From NCBI GenBank assembly GCA_965153285.1, contig OZ229115.1: 64,000 nt of DNA; one strand, given 5' to 3'. Below the pieces are notes generated by a model, which was not told the origin of the DNA, made no database searches, and saw nothing but the letters and a program-made list of their open reading frames with translations. This document shows, piece by piece, positions 53,181-64,000 of the stretch. This DNA comes from Podarcis tiliguerta (lineage: Eukaryota). How positions within the stretch are numbered: the stretch's first letter is position 1; every line of letters begins with the position of its first letter. The position numbers were made by a program, and so were the translations under genes.

Positions 53181-53981
53181 CTAGAGTACTTCTGCTATGG
53201 GGCAGCTATTAAAATTAAGTAGGTAAATAAATAAATATGGGGAAAGCAAAATGTCTCTTAGAGAAGGATCTGAAATATTTTCCTTGAAGCTTGAATTTGT
53301 TTTATTCTGGATAGTTTTACTCGATGCTTTAATGTGTTGTAAACCGCTTTGAGATTTTTTCTTTAAAATATGAAGTGGTATAGAAATGATGGTGTCCATA
53401 ACCTAGGTTTAAGGTGCCATTTGATGATTAGCTTATATATCTGAGTTCCTAACACTGATTCAAAGTAACGTGTTTATTGTCACCAGACATAAGACAAAGC
53501 TAAACACTATTATCTACTGTATACCATTCTTCTGGTCTCTGCAGTCAAGATACATGAGTACAGAGAGATCCATTAACACTATCACCATGGTAGCTAAAAC
53601 TGCTGTGTAAAACCCACAGCCTCTTTCCGTGACTCTCACTGATTCTGAGTCAGACAGTGATAGAAACAAATCATGTAACAGGACAAGACATTGACATGGA
53701 GAAGGCCATAATAAAAGCAATGCTCTAGAAACTATTATACCCATCTCTACATGTAGGCATATTTCCTGAACCAATGGGAGAGTGTATGAATCAGCAAGTT
53801 ATACATTTAAGCTTGCTGGTGTTGCTATGGTAACCCAGTGCACCTGGCACTCTTATCTCAAAACATCCAGGCGGGGTATGCTACTCAAGACATGAGACCA
53901 TGCACTGTATAATTTAACCCATTGTTCACATTGCACCAACAAATTGAGAGGTGGTATTTACAGAAGAGACTCAAATGCTTA

Positions 53982-54092
<111 letters not shown>

Positions 54093-55695
54093 CTATGCAT
54101 GGTAACTCAAAAGTAAGTGTTCCTACTATAACAACCTGAAAAAAATGAGTCAGACTCTTGGAAGTGTCAGGAAGTTTGCAAACTGAAGAAAATGGTGCTA
54201 CATCCTGTAAGAAGCAAGAACTGGGTATGCTTCTTTCAGTGAGTGGGCAGGTGTGTAAGTGTTTAAGTACATTCGTACCTTGGAAGCCAAACGCATTGGC
54301 TCCCAAACAAATCAGCTCCCGAACGACTGAAACCCGGAAGTGAGTGTTCCGATTTTCGAACAAAAAAAATAATCTACAACCATGCTTGTGCATCTGTAGC
54401 AAAATCTACCAAGGGCCAGTGTAGGTTTTAAAGGCAGAATAAATCATTTAAAGTGAGTTGTGATTTCTATAACCACAAATGTTCTGTGCTACCTTGCATA
54501 AATGAGAGGCCACCAACCTCACCTGGCGAAAACCAAAAGTACCTAAAGTACCTTTCAACTTCATCTTGCAGGTTTGTCAAGCTGCAACCAATTTTCCAGG
54601 GGGGAAAAGATTTAAGCCAGAATTTGGCACTCGAGAGTCTTAAGAGCTGGAAATAAATATGAACTAAAACTAAATTTATTTTGTAAAGTGTGCACCCAAG
54701 GAATATTCTGATACTGTAAATCCCCAAATGTCACAGGGAACTGAGCACTGTTCATTTGTTAGCTGTTTGTGTGATGTTACCTAAGATTCAACAAATTAAT
54801 TCGAAACGTTCTGCATAAGTCTTGTAAGTACAGAAGTGTTGTTTAGTTTCAGTTTATTGAGCATGATGAATCATTCATAACCTTTGTCAAATCGGTGCAA
54901 CTGAAAGCAAAAGCTTGAAGACTCCATCACTATGACTAAGGAAACTTGCTGAGGCCTTGCCTCTGCAACAGTTCAGATATTACAAGGCTACCATTGCATA
55001 ATACAAGTTCTGTCAGTTATAGATTGGAACAATCAAGAATTTTGCCAGCATTGAAGTACAAGGTTAACTTTGTTTATGTTTTTCTAAACAGCATACAATT
55101 TAAGGGACACAAGCCCCTTCACAACTCATGTTTGCCCATCACTGACAATGCATATTTAAGACAAACTGGACCTGGAGGCAGAGGGGATGGGGAGCAACAG
55201 GAAGAGGAGGTTTGTTGTGATCAGCCTACATTACAAGTGAAAATAATTGGAAACCTGTGCAGAGTCAGTAACACTCATTCTCTTACTGATGGAGCCAGTG
55301 CATTACTTCTGCAGGACGGAATTTTCCAATTTAGCCTTCATAAATGTCTGTCCTCCACTCCCACCTGGCTGGAGAAAAAGGAAGCCCAGAAGAGGAGAGC
55401 GGGGTTGCTTCCATCAACTTGCGTTGCTACTGCAACGGGCTTCTTTTTGCTGAACAGCGCGAGAGTGGGCACCCCAAGTTTATCGGCATCTTCTTAAGAC
55501 CACGCCGCTTCCAAAGCGACTTGCCTTCAAGCGAGCGTGATGATGGCGCTTCCCGCGATCTCCTCTCTGGCAGGAGGTGGGTTAGGCGCCTGTTCTCAAG
55601 CCCGAGGCGCTTCAGTCTCTCGAGGGGAGCAGAGACTTACGAAGGCCACCCGCATCCCCGCCCTCCATGGACCCTCGCAGGGGGAGGGGGCGCCT

Positions 55696-55728
55696 GAGGG
55701 AGGGAGGGAGGGAGGGAGGGAAGGAAGG
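55696..55728. repeat. (GGGA)n purine tract in PSMA5 intron 1
   Basis: gagggagggagggagggagggagggaaggaagg. Confidence 0.9.
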
Positions 55729-55833
55729 CGCCTCTAGCCGGCACCCGAAGGCTGAAGCAGGCAGGCCGCCCCGCAGTGACTCAGCCCCTGACTAGGCGCA
55801 GGCCGCGCTCCCTCACATCCTACCCGCACTCAC

Positions 55834-55862
55834 CTGTCGTACTCCGAGCGAGTGAGAAACAT
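55834..55862 (-). CDS. PSMA5: Proteasome subunit alpha type-5 exon 1 (29 nt coding)
   Basis: gccgccgccaacATG TTT CTC ACT CGC TCG GAG TAC GAC AG = MFLTRSEYD(R); GTGAG donor. Confidence 0.97.
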
Positions 55863-57111
55863 GTTGGCGGCGGCGGCGGCGGCAGCTGCACCGGAAAAGA
55901 ATTGAGCGCACGCGGGGCACGGAAGTTGCAGGTCCGAGTTCGAGCCCCCACGCTAGGCCGGGGATGGCTGCGGCCCTGTCAGCACAGAACCCGGTTTCAC
56001 AAGCCACTGTCGTCCCGCGCATGCGTTGAACGTCACGCCGTACGCGCTGCGGCTCGCCGGCCAATCAACTTCTCGCGATGCCGTCGTGCTATTGGTCTCA
56101 GAAACACTCGTACCGAGCCCTGGTTGGCTGATGGTTGCCATGGTCTGTGGAGGGACCTCAGGCCCGCCCTTCCTTCTACAGTAGGGTATCAGCCACAGGA
56201 AATCTCCGAAGAACAAGAAGCATCAGCGGTGGATCGGAAGGTGCAACTGTAGTGCGCGAGGAAAATGCTGTTTTTACTCAACGCTTATAAGGAACAAGCT
56301 TATTCTGAGGGACATCAATAAACTCACCCATCCCAGAACTGGCAAAGTAAACTCATCCATCCCACTGACAAAGGCAGTCTTATTATGATTTTGATTTAAA
56401 TTTATTCATCGCTTTTCACAGTGAAAAGTGACAAAGCGACTTGCAACAAGTAAAACAAAAACAAAAAAACACAGATAGCATACATATCGCATTAAAACAA
56501 AGCTCTAGATTCCCAGCCAGAGGTGTTTCCCAGCCTTGCTGCCTAATGTATTTTAAGCTAAAGATGCCAACGAGTGAAACTGGGACTTTATCCATGTGCT
56601 CTACTTATTCAGATACAGTACTGTACTGTGTCACACTGAGCTATGATAGTCTGCCAGCCCTGGATGTCCCCCCTCCCATATCTGCTCAGCTGTAATGGCA
56701 TACTCAAATTCATCTTGATTCAGGGACTCTGTGAGGCTGAAGGATCCACAGTTGGGAATCAGGGAAAGTTGAATTCAAGGGCCACAGGCATAGTTCACTG
56801 AAAGAACTCAGAGTTTGAAGAGTATGGTAGAGAAAGCCAAAGGTAGCAGTAGACGAAGACTTTAAAATGCCCCTCACCATGACTGTTAAATCCTGTATCT
56901 GCAAGACAACTGCACACAATCATCAGCATCCATCCTTTGACCCAACCTGAAGATGCTCTGGCTGCTCTCCAGCAAGTAAGTCCCTTACTCTTTGCCTTAC
57001 AAAATCTCCACACATGCCAAAACAGCTCCCACAACAGCAGCACCTAAAGTTCAATTGATTCAGGTCCCCTTCTCCACTGATAATGGCAAATGATCAATAC
57101 CACATACCTTG

Positions 57112-57490
57112 GCGGGTGGCGCTGTAGTCTAAACCACTGAGCCTCTTGGACTTGCCGGTTAGGAGGTTGGCGGTTCGAATCCCTGCGATGGAGTAAGCTC
57201 CCGTTGCTCTGTCTCAGCTCCTGCCAACCTAACAGTTCGAAAGCACGCTAGTGCAAGTAGATAAAAAGGTACCGCTGTGGCAGGAAGATAAACAGTGTTT
57301 CCATACATTCTGGTTTCCTTCATGGTGTTCCATTGTGCCCAAAGTGGTTTAGTCATGCTGGCCACATAACCCAGAAAGTTGTCTGTGGACAAACACCGGC
57401 TCCTTTGGCCTGAAAGCAAGATGAGTGCTACAACCCCATAGTCACATTTGACTGGACTTAACCGGCCAAGAGTCCTTTACCTTCACCTAC
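57112..57490 (+). mobile_element. Sauria/Squam1-type SINE, different subfamily
   Basis: Head gcgggtggcgctgtagtctaaacc, B box ggttcgaatcc, tail cctttaccttcacct; 22-bp flanking direct repeat with one mismatch. Confidence 0.88.
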
Positions 57491-60400
57491 CAATTCCACA
57501 TACCTTGGCGGGCGGGCTGGTGTTGTTGAGGCATGTGGTAACACAGCCATTGTTACGTCAGCCCCTTGCCCCTGCTAAGGGAGTTGCTTTTTTGCCTGGA
57601 TAACAGTTCAGTAATTCATGAATAGTATAAGGATGATGCTGTGGGATCCCCCACTTTGGACCTGCAATGACCTTACATTTTGCAGCAGTGCTCTAGAACT
57701 AAGCAAAGAGACTCTAGATAAAATATTCACAACAGCTTGCTCAAAAAGGAGAGGTCTATCAAGTTAAATATGGATGAAAGGGATGTCATTGGAGACAGTG
57801 GGTCAGCTGACTCAACATAAAAAAAAAAACCCAGATGAAGCTTCTTGCAAGACTAAGGCACTTTCCTTTCACAATAATGGTGCTGGGATTAGGGAACTGG
57901 TGCTAGTGGTCCAGGTTATAAAACCCACGGTGCCTGATACCAGTTCTCCTATACCTATTCTGTTAGTACTGGACCTCATGCACCACCCACTTTTTTTAAT
58001 GCACACATACATGCAAAAGTAAGCTCTGCTGAATGCAGTGGGACTTACATGTTAAGAACGGAAGAAGAGCCCTGCTGAATCAGACCAAAGGTCCATCCAG
58101 TCCAGCGTGCTGCCAATGTGTACACACTTCACCATGTGTATGTGGTAGAATACACTGACCTATGCATGAGAACTCACAAATGGCATGTTGCCTCTGTGTG
58201 GAACCCATCTATTCAGTCTCATAACGTGAACTCCTCCCGGAGTTTCTTGTGCCATCGTGTTCTAACTCCTGCTGCTGGCGACCTGCCCAGTTGGCAATCT
58301 GCCACTGATCCATAATGGGATCCCAAGTGACCATTTGAAAATTACTGCTTTGTAGGCTGATGTGGTGCATGGTAACCTGGTAGTTCAATGTGACTTGTTC
58401 CTGAAAACTGTGTATAGGTTTGCAGTCAAAGACTCCATTCCTTGCTCTCCCTGAAGCAAGAGACAAACCTTTTCTGAAACCCACCCCCCTTTGTGCTAAT
58501 AACACTGTCTTGAAATCAAACCAATAGCTGAATCCAGATAATGAATCCAGATTTCCTTGTAGTACAGGACCCCCTGGTAAGATAGGCATACCTTCCAGAA
58601 CAAGGCATATTATACCACTTCTGTTCAGTAAAATTGGCTCATCTTTGCAAAGCACATTTCAAAATGACAAGCCACCTTTTAAAAAATGTTAAAATATCCT
58701 ATTTTTAAAGCCAAGCATTAATTTCATGGCCCAAGTTCCCTAAATATAGGAGGAATGCTGAGCCAGCCATAAGTAGAGCAGAGCAGGACTCTGTTCTATC
58801 ACATAAGGAAATATGCTGGAGGTGTAAAGTCCAAGGCTTAAATAGTGATTCAAGAGAAGGAGGCTCACATGTGGGTTTCAGGTTGCATTACATACAAGCC
58901 TATAATAAAACCCTGTGCTGTCCAGGGTGTCTGCCAAACTTTAAATTTACTGTATGAAGAAGATGCCTAGAACACTAGCTGCATTTGCAAAAAGAGGTTA
59001 AGATCTAGGAAAGGGAGTGATAGATGTACTGTACCGGTATGTCGCTGACTTTCTGTGTCCTATACAGTACTAAGTCCTAGAGTAAAGTCAGGGTAGGGTT
59101 GCCACATTTCCTGGAAATTAATAGCAATCTAAGCCTACTACCAGGTTCTGAGACAGTGCAGCAAGTGACCCAGAAATAGCTATATACTGTACTCTCTCTG
59201 TACACAGAATGTTTGAGCGCAGAAAGATGTGAATTTGAGATTGTGATTCTTGACACGTGTACCTGAGCGTAAGTCTCATTGAGCTTCAGGATAGAGACAT
59301 GATAGGATTGTCCTATAAATCACACATCATTATTTTTCAAGTTACGGTTTCCTTGTCTTACAAATAAGAGAGCAGGAATAGCCCAGTGGGGAACAGAACC
59401 TAGCATATTCTGCTAAATATGCTGGCAAGCACCTGCTTTAACTTGCTAAATTAAAGCAAGTTAACCCTTCTTGGGTTGCTGCTGTTCAATTAAACAAGCA
59501 ATTGTCATTGTGCCTCAATTTCTGACTGGGAGGGGGCGGGGGGGGGGAATCAATAAGTAAGTGTTCAGTCCTGACCATTGAGCAAATTGAAATAATAAAA
59601 TGGTGGCATTCTAATTGATGCCATGGCTATCCTGTTCTCATTCCACAGTAAATAAAGGTAATGTGGGACTCCTAAGGTTTTGCTGCTATGAATGTAACAC
59701 AGCTACTCTTCTGCAAACCTTTTTCAATTCTCAAATGTGCTTTTAAAAATGAAACCTTTTTACACAACCTAACCTCAAACATTTATTTTTCAGGAGGATT
59801 CCTTAACATTCTGTACTCTAGAATATTTACTCAGGTGAAAGAGACTCTCACTGATGTATGTGGATTCACTTTTTCTGACCTTTAAATAATATTTGAGAAT
59901 CAGGGGTGCCAACTTGAATAAAATATTTGAGGGGGCAGGTAAGACCCATCCCACTAATCCAACACAAGCCACAACACATGCACACCATCTGAATGGCAAT
60001 GCTCATCAACTGGGGGGAAGGGGTAGCTCCTCATATATTTTATTGGGGGAAGAAACTTCGGCCCCTAAGAGTTGGCTCCTATGTTGAGAATCTATACCAA
60101 TCTTAATGCCTGTGCACTATCTAGATCCTGTGATCTTCAGCATATCATCTAAGGCTGACAAATTCAAGTTGTTCAGTTTAAAGGGTTTGTGGTTCACAGC
60201 CATCCTAGGAGTGTGGTTGTGACAGGGATGTAATCACTGTTGTTTCAATCTCACAATTGCCTATTTATTAAGATGTTCTGCAATGAAACGGTTTTACTAT
60301 GTTACACACAAACACACAACACTTTCCTAAGCTGTGAGAAATTTCAGAACATTTACAGGTTTTAGTTTCTTTTGAATGAGAGAGCACTCTAGGTGTTACT

Positions 60401-61986
60401 ATATTTTTTATGCTACTATGTTCAGGGCTGGCATTAGTGGTCAGCTTGAATGGGCACCTGCTGAGGCTCATACATCAGCAGAGAGCCCGCTGCCAGCTCT
60501 CTGGCCTTGTTCATTTTCCTCTTTGATGTCTTCCTCCTCTCCAGGCATGTAAGCAGTGATTAAGTGTAAAGAAAGGAACCACAGCCTTGCCCTCTCCTTC
60601 CAGACAGCAGTGTAGACTGGATCCAAAGGAAGAGAGCAGTGGTGACCATGGCAAGGGAAAAGGTGGATCCACTGAGGGCTGAGTGGCTGAACAAGATTCC
60701 AGGAGTCTTGGCCCTGGTTTAACCAGGGTTGTATTTCCATTGGCAAATCAAGGCTTGATCGAGTCTACAGTGTCTTAGAAATATGGTGTATTCACCACCT
60801 GAGTTTGACAGAGGGAGAGTTCACAGCATTTACATCCCAAGAGAGGCTTGTCCTTCCCAGCAATGCAGCACTGGATTCAGAGGCATACTAAGCACCATTC
60901 CTGTGTTTCCCTGCAACAGCCTGCTCCTGCCAACCAACATGTCTATTGCCCTTCAGTCCCTGCATGGAGTTCTGTTCAGTTCCTGCTGCTCAGAAACCCC
61001 TGCTCTCCAAACCACTGTTGTAAAAGGACACCCACTCTTCCAGTCGTGACATCAAACCTTGTTATCTGGACAACCTCCCTCTGTGCTTGGCAGAGTTTCT
61101 GCCTGGTTGATGACTTCCATTGAGGAGCTAATGACTGGCCATCAGCACCATGGTTTCAACCCACCATCCCAGGCTGGCCTCATGAGGAAGTTAGCTCTTG
61201 TTATTCTCAGTCCCTGCTAAGTTCAGGAATGTATGAGTTTGCTCAAATTCTGATCTTTCACTCAGTGAAGAGATTATGGGGAGCTTGTCCCCACCTCCAC
61301 CACTGCTGTAAATTCATAACAATACAAACAGCGAGGGAAATAATGGCCTGGCAGCCCAGCATACAATTTTATTTTAATTTTAACAACTTACACCCCACTA
61401 TTCTCCATCAAAGATGGACCTAAGTGGCTTTCAGAGAAACAAAATCAAATATAGACTGCAAACCAGCATCTACTATAGTCCAGCAGAATCAATCCACTTG
61501 GTGCCTCTCTAAGGATCCTTCTTCCATTCAGCCGCATTGCCCAAATCTGTTTTTCTCTCGATAACTATGCTGTATCGCCCCCAAAACATTTTCTCTCTAA
61601 CTCACATATACAAACCTGAAAACTAGTCTCAATCCCACACTAGCTAGTGGGTACACATGGACTGAGTTCCCTTCCAGATGTCATTTTTTATTTTGCATTC
61701 ATGATTATTTGTGCTCATGCTGCTATCACGCCAATCATATGCAATCCTGCTTTTAATATAGTTTGCTCTCGCAACAGTTTTGGAGTGATCATGCTGCTTC
61801 ATTTCCATTCAGTACATATCCTGTAACTGCTTGCTGAAATCCCCAAACTTTTTATATCACTAATGTTTTTATTTTTGGCCACACTTTTGTAGCCAAAAGT
61901 GTCTGTCTGTAGCCCCTTCAGCACTGAGAAAGCATTGCAGAACAAACTGAATGAGACGAAATCCACCACTAATACACTATTACTAT

Positions 61987-62377
61987 TGTCTTCCAAAGCA
62001 GCTACTCTATTCCCAACTTAAGAATGGAAAGCGAAATACCAGTGGACACTCTCAAGGCAAATATAGAAAAATGTAGTATAAGCACTGATAACTGGGAAAC
62101 ACTGGTCTACGAGCGCTCCAATTAGAGAACAGCCTTTATCAAAGGTGTCATGGACTTTGAAGATGCTCAAACTCAGAGCAAAAAGGAGAAACAAGCTAAG
62201 AGGAAGGCACGTTTGGCAAACCCTCACCGTGATCAACTCCCACTCGTAAACCTATGTCTCCACTGTGGAAGGACGTGTGGATCCAGAACTGGCCTCCACA
62301 GTCACTTATGGACTCACTGTTAAGACTGTTTTCATGCAAGACAATCTTACTCGGCTATGAGTGATCTCCAGAGAAGA
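61987..62377 (+). mobile_element. RTE-clade LINE 3' fragment
   Basis: LPKQLLYSQLKNGKR ... DTLKANIEKCSISTDNWETL ... CLHCGRTCGSRTGLHSHLWTHC* (C-terminal C2H2 finger, 62255-62323); interrupted by a deletion and a stop. Confidence 0.8.
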
Positions 62378-64000
62378 TTGTGTCAGGACCATGAGGCCAA
62401 ATATACCAGCAATAAAACACCAGTCTGAAGGAGACTTGCTAGAGCCCCGTCTGTCATGAGTTTTTGAAGGCACATCTTCCAGGCATCTTCAACTTCTCTG
62501 AAAGGATAGGATAAAAGTTTACCAAAGAGGGTCACATAACAGCTATTTATTCTTTTTATTCATACATTCAATCAATCAGTTTATATCCTGCCCTTCCTCC
62601 TGAAGGAGCCAAGGATGGCAGCTGTGACATGTAAATTATTATTACTGACAATAATAATATGGTGTATGTATTTGCTTTTTATTCCTAGTTACTGGTAAAA
62701 AGCTATAAAATTTTTAAAGCAAGTTTAGATATGTATGTTGCTGATCCTTCAGGTAAACAGGCATTGGTAAATTTTCCAGTGTGTGTAGATGATATTGTAA
62801 TGCAGAAGAACTGTAAACTAGCAACTCTTTCAGTGCTAAATATGGTTTTGATTGTTGTATTTCTGGAGGGGAAAGCAGTTCTGGGGCAGAGAAAAATATT
62901 TTTCCACCAGCTTCTGCTATGGAGACAGGCAAGACCTAACACAAAACTGCTTCTTCTGACTGAAAATCTGTTGACATTGGCAGGCACCAATTAAACACAA
63001 GCAGCCTTTCCCAGCACGGACATGAAAGTAACTAGAACATGTTGATTTCTGCACAAAGCGAAGTTTGATAACAGAGCCCCATCCAGAGAAAAAGTGACAA
63101 TCCAAATTGGCCATGCATTCTTGGGTGAATAAAGCTGCTGTTCAGGTCTGTGTTTCCTTATTGGAATGAGGCACAGTGGAGACTGTGATATATGGTTTAT
63201 TTACACATATATACAACATCAGCCTGCGATGGAGGGGTTCACAGCATCAACATCAACACTCCAAGAGGGTCTTGCTTCTGCCATAACAACAGCTTTAGAT
63301 TCAAATGGAAATCATACATCATTCTCTGCCAGCTGCTTGGCTTCTTGGTCATACAACGCCTAACTCTCCACTCTTAAGCTTCTAGTTCACGTTGCTTCTA
63401 CCTCTTTACTCTAAGCTCTGGCTTTATCTCTTGAGAGAGGGGCCTCGTCCTTTGGCTGCCTGGCACACAGTCCTTTTGCTGCTTTGTTCTCTAAGTGGCC
63501 CATCACCCAGGCTATCACTTCGCGGGAAACTAGCCTGACTTAACTAGCTTTTAACAGTTGCTGAATCCAGGGATTAAAAATGCACACAATTTAGAGCCCC
63601 AAGCCTTAATTAAATTCTAGCACTAGCTAGATCTGGGGATTATAGTGGTCTGGCACACCCAAACTCATAACATTATGTGTAGATGGAAGTTTAGAAATGA
63701 TTGCTATAATTTAAATAGAAATGCAGTGCAACTCACCATAGTGGGTAAGACTGACCAGGTGGCTTTTGTGTACCTGAGTCTGCTGTCCAGGTGCTAGGGT
63801 AGGAATGGGAATAATATATGTGATTGTACTAAGCTGCTAGCTGGGCTACTGAGCTGAATTCTGAAACTGCTGTAATTCTCAAATCTGCCCCAATCACTTT
63901 ATCATTGTTCTCTTCCATGGCCCAACTGTATGTATACTAGGCTAGTGTTTTACATGACTGACATCAGTAGCATTTGCACTTGACTGTGGTAAATATTAAC

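Larger units (their letters stand above)
55390..56290. promoter_or_regulatory. PSMA5 CpG-island promoter (ETS, NRF1, CCAAT, TCTCGCGA and ARE motifs)
   Basis: CpG-rich. CCGGAA 55891, CGGAAGT 55920-55926, GCGCATGCG 56017-56025, CCAAT 56061, TCTCGCGA 56071-56078, ATTGG 56091, GTGACTCAGC 55776-55785. Confidence 0.85.

Noticed and set aside
54946-56252. 183-aa and 158-aa plus-strand ORFs at the PSMA5 CpG island
   Set aside because: Non-ATG starts, low-complexity composition, no recognisable domain, antisense to PSMA5.
58209-58655. 148-aa minus-strand ORF with an internal acceptor-like ttttcag
   Set aside because: No recognisable homology and no partner exons; cannot be supported as an exon without RNA evidence.
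60440-61200. Coding-looking stretch, possibly a DIRS remnant or an exon
   Set aside because: Only vague motif resemblance (LAEFLPG, HHGF) with many stops; not assignable.
56300-64000. Search for the syntenic neighbour SYPL2 or other coding exons
   Set aside because: No recognisable exon found by eye; short or diverged exons cannot be excluded.

Overview
Vertebrate nuclear genomic DNA, most likely from a lacertid-type lizard. This is inferred from three Sauria/Squam1-type SINEs, a Squam3-like SINE and squamate-style MITEs. Two protein-coding genes lie in tandem on the minus strand, in the same order as at human 1p13. (1) SORT1 (sortilin/NTR3): exons 1-10 from the ATG at 34904 down to 1234, with a 23.6-kb intron 1; the gene continues beyond the left edge. 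(2) PSMA5 (20S proteasome alpha-5): complete, 9 exons, 55862-40902, 726 nt = 241 aa + stop. All 19 exons have GT-AG boundaries, consistent phases, and lengths equal to the human orthologous exons, except SORT1 exon 1, which is much shorter. Each gene has a CpG-island promoter. The rest is intronic or intergenic DNA with SINEs, hAT, Tc1/mariner and Harbinger-like MITEs, L2/CR1/RTE fragments and two degraded coding-like relics. I found no evidence of a new multi-gene system. The most unusual observations are: a sortilin with a ~15-aa propeptide lacking the spadin segment; a rewritten sortilin loop (RPRPYHT) that resembles the neurotensin core; tandem AREs in PSMA5 intron 1; and inverted MITE copies flanking PSMA5 exons 3-6, a possible circRNA configuration. 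Comparisons to human proteins are from memory, not from a search.
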